Source of the DNA: Bythopirellula sp. | Lineage (GTDB): Bacteria; Planctomycetota; Planctomycetia; Pirellulales; Lacipirellulaceae | DNA: 64,000 nucleotides | Reading direction: 5' to 3' | NCBI GenBank assembly: GCA_965216565.1 | Contig: OZ244170.1 | Coordinates: 2,208,001-2,272,000, forward strand | Shown here: piece by piece, positions 1 to 9,257 of the stretch | How the letters are laid out: the number at the start of each line of letters is the position of its first letter | Numbering within the stretch: position 1 is the stretch's first letter | Program-made: the position numbers and the translations under genes | Notes under the pieces: model-generated | Databases searched by the model: none | What the model was told of the DNA's origin: nothing | Seen by the model: the letters and a program-made list of their open reading frames with translations, nothing else

Positions 1-567
1 ATCCCGACTGTTTTAGAGGCGGCTCGGAAGTTAGAGCAGATGGGGCGAAATGTTCGTTGGGTCATCTGTGGCACCGGTTCGCATTCCGACACTTGGAAAT
101 CTCAGGCGAAAGACTTGCAGAGCGTTACATTCCCCGGCTGGGTAAGTGCTGCTCAGATTTGGACCTTAATGCGACTTTCCCAGGCCGCGTTGGCTCCCTA
201 CGTCAGCACGCACGATTTCGCCCGCAGTCTGCCCAATAAATCAATCGAGTACCTATCGGCCGGCTTACCCATCGTTTCGAGCCTACAGGGAGTCTTAGCC
301 GATTTGCTCCAAAAATCTGATTGCGGTTGGACGTACCAAAATGGGTCACCCGACCAACTCGTCCAGATCGTCAACCGACTTGTTAACAATCGAGACCAGC
401 TCGATGCGATGTCTCACAAAGCCCTCACACTTTACCAAGACCGCTTCACTGCCGAAAACGTCTACGCCAAGATGGCCGACCACCTGCAAGCTATCGCAAC
501 TGCTCACGAATCGAGAAAAAACATCTTCTCCTTGCTCCCTCTCCCCTATGGGGAGAGGGTTGGGTGA
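1..567 (+). CDS. Glycosyltransferase family 4 (GT-B), C-terminal part; 5' end outside window
   Basis: V-F-GWV, LPNKSIEYLSAGLPIVSS and CGWTY...LV motifs typical of the GT4 C-terminal domain; lies in a polysaccharide locus. Confidence 0.85.
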   Translation: MPTVLEAARKLEQMGRNVRWVICGTGSHSDTWKSQAKDLQSVTFPGWVSAAQIWTLMRLSQAALAPYVSTHDFARSLPNKSIEYLSAGLPIVSSLQGVLADLLQKSDCGWTYQNGSPDQLVQIVNRLVNNRDQLDAMSHKALTLYQDRFTAENVYAKMADHLQAIATAHESRKNIFSLLPLPYGERVG

Positions 568-606
568 GGGGGATTTGCAAATACGGAAGATATTTTTTCT
601 CGATTC
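508..606. repeat. 99-bp palindromic element, copy 1 (21-bp inverted arms around a CCCTCTCCCC-TAT-GGGGAGAGGG hairpin)
   Basis: gaatcgagaaaaaacatcttc (508-528) pairs with gaagatattttttctcgattc (586-606) with 1 mismatch; homologous to 3172-3270. Confidence 0.85.
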
Positions 607-663
607 ACAACCATTACATTTCCAATGCCGCTTAACATCAATCAAGGAAGATTGAAGATTAGC

Positions 664-1566
664 ATGACTACCAACATTATTTCCGATCCGTATTCGAGTT
701 CGTCTCTGTTCAAGACCGTAGCCCGAGGTGTGCTCACCGTGTTGAGCCACATCTTGCCCAAGCGTATGTATTACGCGATCTATCAGCCATTATTTCAAGG
801 CTACCAATGGTTTCTGCGAAACCGTTACAAAGCTGGTATCTCCTCCGCTCGGCGACAGGGCAACCACGCCTTGGTGCAGCGCTGCGAACGTGTGCTTTCA
901 GTGATGCCTCACTCCCTGATTGGGTCACAGGGGCTGGAACATACACACGACTTGGCTCTCGATTTGGTCGAGAATCGCGTCGCAGGCGCATTCGTCGAGT
1001 GCGGAGTCGCCCAAGGTGGTTGCGCAGCATTGATTGCAATGGTCGCGGACTCCGATTCTGCGAACCGCCATTGCTGGTTCTTCGATTCCTTCGAGGGCCT
1101 GCCCGATCCCACGAGTGACGACTTCGAGGAAGGTCGTACCGGGCGTCACATTCGACCCCTGCCCAAAGGCTCCTGTCTCGGCACTCTAGAACAAGTCTCA
1201 GAGCTGCTGTTCGAAACATTCGGCTTCTCTCGCGAGCGAATCACCTTGGTGAAGGGTTGGTTCCAGGACACAGTCGAAAACCATGCACCCCAAATGGGAT
1301 CGATTGCTTTGTTGCGAATCGATGGCGACTGGTACGACTCGACCATGTGTTGTCTCGAAGCTCTTTACGACCGCGTCAGCCCCGGTGGCCATGTAATCAT
1401 TGACGACTATTTCAGTTGCTACGGTGCGAAAAAGGCAACGGACGAATTCCTGCAGCGACGCGGAGGCGAAGTTCGGCTGGTTTCGGATGGAAGAGGTGGT
1501 TGCTCTTTCCAAAAGCCCGCCTCCCATGCCACACAGCAGACTGAACCGTTGCTTGCCGCCGCGTAA
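664..1566 (+). CDS. TylF/MycF-family (macrocin O-methyltransferase-like) SAM-dependent methyltransferase
   Basis: GAFVECGVAQGG, FDSFEGLP, LVKGWFQDT, LRIDGDWYDST, GGHVIIDDY motifs. Confidence 0.9.
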   Translation: MTTNIISDPYSSSSLFKTVARGVLTVLSHILPKRMYYAIYQPLFQGYQWFLRNRYKAGISSARRQGNHALVQRCERVLSVMPHSLIGSQGLEHTHDLALDLVENRVAGAFVECGVAQGGCAALIAMVADSDSANRHCWFFDSFEGLPDPTSDDFEEGRTGRHIRPLPKGSCLGTLEQVSELLFETFGFSRERITLVKGWFQDTVENHAPQMGSIALLRIDGDWYDSTMCCLEALYDRVSPGGHVIIDDYFSCYGAKKATDEFLQRRGGEVRLVSDGRGGCSFQKPASHATQQTEPLLAAA

Positions 1567-1613
1567 GTCAATCGATTCTCGACCGCAGACTTTCGAATCT
1601 CCTGGCGTTGAAT

Positions 1614-2234
1614 ATGTTTACAGATTTCACAAAACGCACGTTCGATATCGCAATGTCAATTGGCGGCTTGCTGGTATTGAGTCCGGCTCTGGCTGTCATT
1701 GCGCTTGCAGTCAAGCTGACCTCTTCTGGTCCAATCGTTTATCGTGGCCTAAGGACTGGGCGCGGTGGAAAGCCTTTTTACATCCTCAAGTTTCGTTCGA
1801 TGGTGCCGGGTGCTGAGGGACTCGGCGGATCGACCACTGGGAAAAACGATCCGCGAGTCACACCCATCGGCAGTCTACTTCGCAAACTAAAGCTGGACGA
1901 ATTGCCACAGCTTGTGAATGTGCTCAAGGGAGAGATGAGCTTTGTCGGCCCTCGCCCAGAAGTGCCCGAGTACACAGATCAGTACAGCACCGAGGAGTCA
2001 CGCATTTTGTCCGTGCGACCGGGAATCACTGACTTCGCCAGTTTGGAATTCAACGACCTTCAGGAAGTAGTCGGTGCGGCAGACCCGGACGAATACTTCC
2101 GTCAGAATGTGCTCGCGAAGAAGAACCAATTGCGGCTGAAATATGTGGACCAGCAATCGATGGGTACCGATACAAAAATCCTGCTTCGCACTCTGGCAGT
2201 AGTTGCCGGCAAGCCTTTTCGGAGGGCTGCGTGA
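1614..2234 (+). CDS. Bacterial sugar transferase (undecaprenyl-phosphate glycosyl-phosphotransferase family)
   Basis: [52 protein letters not shown]. Confidence 0.92.
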   Translation: MFTDFTKRTFDIAMSIGGLLVLSPALAVIALAVKLTSSGPIVYRGLRTGRGGKPFYILKFRSMVPGAEGLGGSTTGKNDPRVTPIGSLLRKLKLDELPQLVNVLKGEMSFVGPRPEVPEYTDQYSTEESRILSVRPGITDFASLEFNDLQEVVGAADPDEYFRQNVLAKKNQLRLKYVDQQSMGTDTKILLRTLAVVAGKPFRRAA

Positions 2235-3172
2235 TGGAAACCACTCGCTTGGGAAATTCGAGTTTAGAAGTCTCACGCCTTGGGCTCGGAGGTTGCCCGT
2301 TGGGTGGTCACGGCTGGGGAAAAGTCTCCGATTGCGATTCAGTTCGCGCCGTGCAAACAGCGCTGCACACTGGTATCACCTTTTTCGATACCGCGGACGT
2401 CTATGGCCTAGGGCACTCCGAGAAGATTTTGTCGCGCGCCCTAGGACAATTCCGCCATGAGGTAGTAATCGCCACGAAGTTCGGCGTACGGTGGGACGAT
2501 CAGGGACAAATTGTCAAAGACATCAGTCCTGCCTATTTGAGACAAGCACTGGAAGCCAGCCTACAGCGGCTCGACATCGACTCAATACCGCTGTACTACG
2601 TCCACTGGCCCGACGGCAACACACCTGTAGAAGCTGCGATCGAAGAACTAGCCAAATGCCGCAAAGAGGGCAAAATCCAGGCCATCGGCGTCTCCAACTT
2701 CTCGGTGGATGAACTAAGACGAGCCAGCGCTATCACCGACATTGCCTGCATTCAATTGCAGTTGAGTTTGCTCAATCGCAACGCGTTGAGTTACCAAGAT
2801 GTCTTGGCAGAAACGAATACGTCGCTCATCACTTGGGGCTCACTCGCCCAAGGCCTACTAAGCGGAAAATACAATGCCGATTCTCTGTTTGAATCTGGGG
2901 ACCGCCGTAACCGTTATGAAGATTTCTCTGACGAGAAACTGAAAGAGAATCTCAAGGTAGTAGAGATCGTCAAGCAAGTTGCGGACCGCAAGAAGAAAAC
3001 TCCATCACAAGTCGCGATCCGCTGGCTGCTCGATTCGCCAGCAGTTGGCTCCGTACTTTTTGGTGCGAAGACCTGCCAGCAGGTGCTCGACAACGTCAGT
3101 GCCGACGGCTGGAGCCTGACGCCGCAGGAGCACGCATTGCTCAGAGAAACCACAAAACTAGTCGCCGCCTAG
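2234..3172 (+). CDS. Aldo/keto reductase
   Basis: VSRLGLG, FFDTADVYGLGHSE, IATKFG, SLQRLD-D-I-LYYVHWPD, GKIQAIGVSNF; TGATG coupling to upstream gene. Confidence 0.93.
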   Translation: METTRLGNSSLEVSRLGLGGCPLGGHGWGKVSDCDSVRAVQTALHTGITFFDTADVYGLGHSEKILSRALGQFRHEVVIATKFGVRWDDQGQIVKDISPAYLRQALEASLQRLDIDSIPLYYVHWPDGNTPVEAAIEELAKCRKEGKIQAIGVSNFSVDELRRASAITDIACIQLQLSLLNRNALSYQDVLAETNTSLITWGSLAQGLLSGKYNADSLFESGDRRNRYEDFSDEKLKENLKVVEIVKQVADRKKKTPSQVAIRWLLDSPAVGSVLFGAKTCQQVLDNVSADGWSLTPQEHALLRETTKLVAA

Positions 3173-3270
3173 GAATCGAAGAAAAACAACTTCTCCTCAA
3201 ATCCCTCGCCCCTATGGGGAGAGGCTAGGTGAGGGGACAAAAGACATTGAAGTTGTTTTTCTTCGATTCC
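3172..3270. repeat. 99-bp palindromic element, copy 2 (perfect 22-bp inverted arms)
   Basis: ggaatcgaagaaaaacaacttc (3172-3193) is the exact reverse complement of gaagttgtttttcttcgattcc (3249-3270); centre cctcgcccc-tat-ggggagagg-ctaggtgagggg. Confidence 0.88.
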
Positions 3271-3291
3271 GAACTACCACTTCCAAGAATC

Positions 3292-4116
3292 ATGACAAAA
3301 TCCACCCGCAACACCCAAGAGCTAGCCCAGCAAATTCGCCTGCACGTGCTGCAGATGACGAGCACGGGAGGCAGTTCGCACATTGGCTCATGTCTCTCGA
3401 TCGCCGACCTACTCGCTGTCCTGTATGGCCAAGTGCTCAACGTAGATTCTGAGAACCCCGCTTGGGACGATCGTGATCGTTTCATTCTTAGCAAGGGGCA
3501 CGCCGGCGCCGCCGTTTATGCGACTCTCGCGGAGTCTGGATTCTTCCCCGTCGAAAAACTAAAGACACATTACCAGGACGGTTCCGATTTGAGTGGCCAC
3601 GTCTCGCACAAAGGTATTCCCGGTGTGGAACTTTCCACCGGCTCGCTCGGTCACGGGCTCTCGGTGGGAGTTGGCATGGCCTATGCCGCCAAGCTCAAAC
3701 GTCGCTCGCACCGCGTGTTCGTCTTGATGAGCGATGGCGAATGCGACGAAGGCTCGAACTGGGAAGCCATGATGTTCGCCGCCCACCATGGACTCGATAA
3801 TGTGGTCGCTGTGATCGACTACAACAAACTGCAAAGCCTCGACACTGTAGAGAACACCCTGCGGCTTGAACCCTTTGCCAGCAAACTGGAGAGCTTTGGT
3901 TGGGCTGTTGTCGAATCCAATGGCCACGATCACAACCAACTCTCTGAGGCATTCTCCGCTTTGCCGGCTAAACCTGGCAAACCAACTTGCGTCATCGCCC
4001 ATACCACCAAGGGCAAAGGCGTTTCGTTTATGGAAGACAGCGTCCTCTGGCATTACCGGACTGCCCGCGGGGAAGAGTACTCAGCCGCCTTGGCAGAATT
4101 GGAGCAAACGGTATGA
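3292..4116 (+). CDS. Transketolase N-terminal (ThDP-binding) subunit, split type
   Basis: DRDRFILSKGH, STGSLGHGL, SDGECDEGSNWEA, IAHTTKGKGVSFME. Confidence 0.93.
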   Translation: MTKSTRNTQELAQQIRLHVLQMTSTGGSSHIGSCLSIADLLAVLYGQVLNVDSENPAWDDRDRFILSKGHAGAAVYATLAESGFFPVEKLKTHYQDGSDLSGHVSHKGIPGVELSTGSLGHGLSVGVGMAYAAKLKRRSHRVFVLMSDGECDEGSNWEAMMFAAHHGLDNVVAVIDYNKLQSLDTVENTLRLEPFASKLESFGWAVVESNGHDHNQLSEAFSALPAKPGKPTCVIAHTTKGKGVSFMEDSVLWHYRTARGEEYSAALAELEQTV

Positions 4117-5075
4117 GAGACGAATTCATCAAGCGCCTAGGCGAAATGGCCGCCGTCGATCCCCGCGTGATGCTGATTACCGGCGACCTGGGATTTGGCG
4201 TGTTCAACGATTACCGCCGGGATTATCCCGAACAGTTCATCAACGTCGGCATAGCCGAGCAGAACATGATCGGTCTCGCCACAGGCTTGGCTCTCGAAGG
4301 GCACATCGTCTACACCTACTCGATTGCCAACTTCTCATTCATGCGTTGCCTGGAGCAAATCCGCAACGACGCCGCCTACCATGATCTAAACGTCAATGTC
4401 GTTTGCATTGGCGGTGGGTTTAGTTACGGCCAATTGGGAATTTCTCACCACGCGACCGAAGACATCTCGATCATGCGATCGTTGCCCGAGGTGACTGTGG
4501 TTTCGCCGACCGATAAGTGGGAGGCCGCCGAGGCGACCGAGGCGCTTGCCAACAGGGCAGGGGTGGGCTATCTCCGGCTCGATAAATCAGCGGCCGACGT
4601 CTCGCACTCGGACGACGAACAATTCGAACTAGGCAAAATCCGCACCATTACCGAGGGCCAAGATGTCACACTGCTGGCCACCGGCGGAATCCTGGGCGAA
4701 GTCACACAAGCGGCCACCGCGTTGGAATCCCAAGGTATCTCTTGCCGTGTTCTTAGCGTGAATACGATCAAACCCCTCGATGCGAATACCATTCTTCGTG
4801 CCGCGAAAGAAACCGACGGCATCGTCACTATCGAAGAGCATACCGTGCATGGCGGGTTGGGCAGCGCCGTGGGCGAAGTGCTTCTCGATCACGGAGCCGC
4901 TCCCAAACGCTTCCTGCGGCTCGGATTAAGCGGCGGTTTCTCTTCGGTCGTCGGCAGCCAACAATACTTGCGTAAGCAGTATCATCTAGACGCGATTTCG
5001 ATTGCGGAACGGGTGACCAATCTCTTCAACCAGAGTGAGAAAAAATCTCGACTCCGTCTGCTGAATGCAGCTTGA
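4113..5075 (+). CDS. Transketolase C-terminal (pyrimidine-binding) subunit, split type
   Basis: ATGA overlap; INVGIAEQNM, RCLEQIRND, SHHATEDI, TIEEHTVHGGLGSAV. Confidence 0.93.
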   Translation: MRDEFIKRLGEMAAVDPRVMLITGDLGFGVFNDYRRDYPEQFINVGIAEQNMIGLATGLALEGHIVYTYSIANFSFMRCLEQIRNDAAYHDLNVNVVCIGGGFSYGQLGISHHATEDISIMRSLPEVTVVSPTDKWEAAEATEALANRAGVGYLRLDKSAADVSHSDDEQFELGKIRTITEGQDVTLLATGGILGEVTQAATALESQGISCRVLSVNTIKPLDANTILRAAKETDGIVTIEEHTVHGGLGSAVGEVLLDHGAAPKRFLRLGLSGGFSSVVGSQQYLRKQYHLDAISIAERVTNLFNQSEKKSRLRLLNAA

Positions 5076-5100
5076 GAACGATTTATTCAAGATAAATCAA

Positions 5101-5154
5101 TAGCCGGACTGCCACGCAGTCCGCCGAATCCGAAGGCAAGTGTGCCCCCGTCTA
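5101..5154. repeat. 54-bp structured REP-like repeat, copy A
   Basis: tagccggactgccacgcagtccg...gtgtgcccccgtcta; aligns without gaps to 61133-61186. Confidence 0.8.
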
Positions 5155-5196
5155 GCCTGCGAGGGCATTCGCTTCGCCCGCAAGTAACTCTAAACC

Positions 5197-8100
5197 CTAT
5201 GAGTTCCAATCGCCAATCAGGCTGAAGGCATCGTCCACAAGGTCGACCTCGGCATCGTCCGTACCGCCGTTGATGGAATAGGCCAGCTGATTGTCGAAGC
5301 CCATGGCGTGCATGTAATAGCCGGTGCGGCTTAGGGCTGTGAAGTTCTCGTCGGCATACAGGGTGTCGTCCCCGGCACCATCGTAGTAGTCGGCCCGATC
5401 GTCGCCCCCAGCCGTTGCATAGGCATAGGCTTTCTCGAATCCAACGCCGTAGTTGAAGAATCCATCGCCGCTCATCTGGGCATAGTCCGCTTTGCTGATG
5501 AAGCGGTCGTTGCCCAGCGAGTCAAAGAAGTCGGCCCGGTCGATGCCACCAGCGGTGGAATAGGCATAGACCCGGTCAAATCCAGTTCCGTAATTGAAGA
5601 ACCCCGTGCCGCTCATCTGAGCGTAGGTTGGCTTGCTTGTGAATCGATCGTCGCCAATCGAGTCGTAGAAGTCGGCCCGGTCGTCAGCGCCACCGTTCAC
5701 GGCGTAGGCATAAACCCGATCGAAGCCGGTTCCGTAGTTGAAGTACCCAGTTCCGCTCATCTCCGAGTAGGTCGGCTTCGAAACAAAGCGGTCACTACCG
5801 GCGGAATCGTAGAAGTTGGCTCGATCGTCAACACCGCCATTGATCGCGTAGGCATAGACGCGATCGAAGCCGGTTCCGTAGTTGAAGTACCCTGTACCGC
5901 TCATCTCCGAATAGTCCGGCTTGGAGACGAAGAAATCGCTACCCGCCGAATCGTAGAAGTCGGCTCGATCGTCGACGCCGCCTGCAATCGCGTAGGCATA
6001 CACGCGGTCGAAGCCAGTGCCGTAGTTGAAGAAGCCCGTGCCGCTCATCTGGGCGAAGGTTGGCTTGGCGACGAAGCGATCGCTCCCAGCCGAATCGTAG
6101 AAGTCGGCCCGATCATCGACACCACCCGCTGTGGCGTAAGCATAGACCCGGTCGAATCCGCTGGCGTAATTGAAGAAACCATCGCCACTCATCTGTGAGA
6201 AAGTCGACTTGCCAACAAATCGATCGCTCCCAGCCGAGTCGTAGAAGTCGGCTCGGTCGTCAACGCCTCCTAAAGTCGCGTAAGCGTACACGCGATCGAA
6301 TCCGCTGGCATAGTTGAAGAATCCATCACCGCCCAATTGAGCGTAAGTCGACTTGCCAACGAAACGGTCGCTGCCGGCCGAATCGTAGAAATCGGCTCGA
6401 TCATCCACGCCTCCCAAGGTGGCGTAGGCATACACGCGATCGAAATCGCTCGCGTAGTTGAAAAATCCTGTTCCGCTAAGCTGTGCAAACGTCTCGCGGC
6501 CGATAAACCGATCGCTGCCGGCGGAATCGTAGAGATTGGCTCGATCGTTGCCGCCTCCGCCCACGGAATAAATCGTCTCGACGCTCGAAGCAAAGCCATT
6601 GAAACCGGAGCCGGACAGATTGATTTGGCCAACGCGAATCGTGGCAATCTCATCCCCTGACGTACCCGTCATGGTTATCGTATCGTTGCCCGCTCCGCCA
6701 TCGAACTCAATATCGGTTACCGAAAACGATGCAAAGCTATGCTCGATGCCGTTGACTGATACTTGGTGGGTGTCACCCGCGTTGAAGGCAAAAACGTCGT
6801 TCCCAGTGGTTCCGTTCACGACAACTGTGGTCCCATCCAAAGCAACTAGATTGCTGAGCCTGAGATCAACATCGCTGTTCGTTCCCATCACAGAAACATA
6901 GAATTCTTCACCCGCACTGGCGTAGGCATCCACCCGCGAGTAGCCGCCCACAGAATTACCCGTATCGATTTGCTGCAACTCAGCATCGAATAGCTGGAGG
7001 CTCACCTGTCCGCCGGCTTGACTGTAGAAGCTCTCGACGGTTAGGAATCCAGCGGCGGAGGCTTCGATGCGATACCAATCTTCTCCGTCCACGGCCAGGT
7101 CGTTCACGTTGTCGAAGTAAACACTACCCAAGTCCGTAAAGGTGAAACTAGTTTCAGTGGTGATGTCGAAATCGTAGTATCCGATGCCCGCGTCCGACGA
7201 AAAGTTGAGCGTGTAAGTCTGGCCGGCTGTAATGTCGAACGTAAACACTTCGCCCGAGTCACCAGAGACTTGCCCGGAACCACCTTCAAGTCCCCAGGCA
7301 GCTTCCAGGTCGTGCGTCATGTTGGTGGCATTGAAACTCACCGTGCCGGTGGTGCCGGCTGTGAACGTAAAGTAGTCGGCGTCGCTCAAAGTGCCGATCA
7401 AACCGCTGAGCGAGGCGGTGTCGGTGATCGTCCCCAGGTTGTGGGCCGTTCCGAATGTCGAACCAAAGTCATCGATGGGCATCAGTGCGTCGATCGCTGC
7501 ATCGATATTCAGGCTGGCATACCACTGATTGGTGGACGAATCAAAAATCGAATCGGCCGTGTCCATCATGTGGTCGTAAATATCATCCTGAGTGATGTTC
7601 GTTTGGCCAACGAACTCCATCGCCTCGCGGATAATCACACTGGCTCCAGCGACGTAAGGGGCTGCCATGCTGGTACCGGAGAAGCTGGCCCAGTCGTCGG
7701 TCACCCCGTTATCGTCACCCTTATAGTCAGGTACGGTGCTAACAATCGTGCGGCCGGGGGCGGCAATCGCACGCGTGTGCCGTTGGCTGAAGTAGCTCAG
7801 GTTGCCGTTGTCGTCCACACTCATCACCGGCACAACGTAGGAACTGGCCGCCGGATAGCTCAGGCCTTCTTCATTGAAGCTGGTATAGGCGTTGCCAGCC
7901 GAGACCGAGATAAAAATGCCGTCGGCTTCAAGCTGCGCGAACTCATCTTCCAAGGTGGCCCAGGCTGGAACAGTATCCGCGTTCCAACTCGCCACGCCCA
8001 GAGAGAGATTCACCGCCGTGATAGGACTCTCGAAGCTATTCTGGTTGTCGTGTACCCACTGCAACGCACTTTCAACCCAAGAGAAGTAGCCATCGCCCAC

Positions 8101-8676
8101 GTCGTTAAAAACTCGCAAGCCAACGAGGTCCACTCCCGGTGCAACACCAGAGTGCGTGCTGTCATCCGAACCGACGATACCGGCCACATGGGTACCGTGC
8201 GAACCCGAAGGGCCATCGTCATAAGGATTGGCGTCGTTCTCGGTGAAGTCGTATCCGCCAACAACGCGATAGTTCTGACCGTACCCGCCACCGAGGGCAT
8301 AGTGATCGTAGGCAATGCCGCTATCAATAACGGCCACGGTTTGGCCTGTACCGAGAAAACCGTAGTCGTTGCGTACGTCGTTCAGACCGGTCTGATTATG
8401 CGCGTTGGCAAGCGCTTGTTCGATTTCCTGCAGTTGATGTTCTAGTGAGGGATCGTTGCTGGAATCAATCCAGAAATCAGGTAGCGACTCCTGATGATGC
8501 TCGATGGCATCGAAATCTTGATGATGTTCGATCGGGCCATCGAAATCCTGATGGTGCTCGATCGCTCCACCTAGAAAACCGCCTACCGGATCGGCAGACA
8601 TCATCTGACGATCTTCCAACTGCTCGACCGACGCCGACCAATCCTTTTTATGTTTGAATTCTCTTCCCACAGCCAC
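5197..8676 (-). CDS. Extracellular S8 (subtilisin-like) serine protease with planctomycete EQLEDRQMMS motif, PPC-like modules and C-terminal 48-aa tandem repeats
   Basis: Catalytic triad motifs VAVIDSG, HGTHVAG, GTSMAAP; DADYFTF module; N-terminal VEQLEDRQMMS. Confidence 0.92.
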   Translation of the reverse strand: MAVGREFKHKKDWSASVEQLEDRQMMSADPVGGFLGGAIEHHQDFDGPIEHHQDFDAIEHHQESLPDFWIDSSNDPSLEHQLQEIEQALANAHNQTGLNDVRNDYGFLGTGQTVAVIDSGIAYDHYALGGGYGQNYRVVGGYDFTENDANPYDDGPSGSHGTHVAGIVGSDDSTHSGVAPGVDLVGLRVFNDVGDGYFSWVESALQWVHDNQNSFESPITAVNLSLGVASWNADTVPAWATLEDEFAQLEADGIFISVSAGNAYTSFNEEGLSYPAASSYVVPVMSVDDNGNLSYFSQRHTRAIAAPGRTIVSTVPDYKGDDNGVTDDWASFSGTSMAAPYVAGASVIIREAMEFVGQTNITQDDIYDHMMDTADSIFDSSTNQWYASLNIDAAIDALMPIDDFGSTFGTAHNLGTITDTASLSGLIGTLSDADYFTFTAGTTGTVSFNATNMTHDLEAAWGLEGGSGQVSGDSGEVFTFDITAGQTYTLNFSSDAGIGYYDFDITTETSFTFTDLGSVYFDNVNDLAVDGEDWYRIEASAAGFLTVESFYSQAGGQVSLQLFDAELQQIDTGNSVGGYSRVDAYASAGEEFYVSVMGTNSDVDLRLSNLVALDGTTVVVNGTTGNDVFAFNAGDTHQVSVNGIEHSFASFSVTDIEFDGGAGNDTITMTGTSGDEIATIRVGQINLSGSGFNGFASSVETIYSVGGGGNDRANLYDSAGSDRFIGRETFAQLSGTGFFNYASDFDRVYAYATLGGVDDRADFYDSAGSDRFVGKSTYAQLGGDGFFNYASGFDRVYAYATLGGVDDRADFYDSAGSDRFVGKSTFSQMSGDGFFNYASGFDRVYAYATAGGVDDRADFYDSAGSDRFVAKPTFAQMSGTGFFNYGTGFDRVYAYAIAGGVDDRADFYDSAGSDFFVSKPDYSEMSGTGYFNYGTGFDRVYAYAINGGVDDRANFYDSAGSDRFVSKPTYSEMSGTGYFNYGTGFDRVYAYAVNGGADDRADFYDSIGDDRFTSKPTYAQMSGTGFFNYGTGFDRVYAYSTAGGIDRADFFDSLGNDRFISKADYAQMSGDGFFNYGVGFEKAYAYATAGGDDRADYYDGAGDDTLYADENFTALSRTGYYMHAMGFDNQLAYSINGGTDDAEVDLVDDAFSLIGDWNS
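5255..6546 (-). repeat. Nine intragenic ~144-bp (48-aa) tandem repeats DRADFYDSAGSDRF...GFFNY..GFDRVYAYA..GG.D
   Basis: Repeats directly visible in translation and DNA. Confidence 0.92.
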
Positions 8677-9257
8677 AGTCCTTCTGGCATGGTGGGTTCA
8701 CTCAGGGAGAGGGCTGCCGATACGCGTAGCGACGGCAGCTAGAGCGAACGTTGTACACCTTGATGTGATCAGCCCATGACCGAGCCAAAAATTGGCGAGG
8801 TCCCCGAAAAGCCTATTTCTAGGGAGCAGAGCGGCGTCTTGGGTTAACGGCGCGGCAATCTGCTCATTCAAAGCCTAGGTCGAAACAACCCGGCAAGTGT
8901 CCAGCTTTTCGAGATGACGGGGATAAAAACCCCTGTCTTAACCAGCGGAAATGGAACCCTCACTCAGAGCGTGTTGACAGCCCTCCACTATGCTGCCAAT
9001 CGCGGTGAATAACGACAACGTTCTGTTGTCCTTTCGCAACACCTTTACGCAAGTACGCCCGGTGACAACAATGGTTCAGTTGGCCGAGTCTAAAGCACAA
9101 TTTTGCTATTGTACGATATTTGCCAACCAATCCGTGCGATGGTCAGTGCTTCTTAGGCATCCTGCCAGCTACCGATGATTATCCGCCTTCCTGCCGGCCA
9201 TGTCCAGCGGCCACATTTGCGTTGCTGCTCGAATTGGTTTTTTTGCAAGGTATCCCA

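Noticed and set aside
5255..6546. Non-coding repeat array or DGR template
   Set aside because: Repeats are in-frame coding units with mainly synonymous or conservative variation, not adenine-specific changes.
7270..8445. Long antisense ORFs (also 32353-33315, 41283-42233, 22391-23197, 52617-53354, 48370-49008)
   Set aside because: Shadow frames opposite well-supported genes, expected from codon bias; no recognisable motifs.
8965..8990. Possible IS terminal repeat agagcgtgttgacagccc
   Set aside because: No partner end or transposase remnant found nearby.
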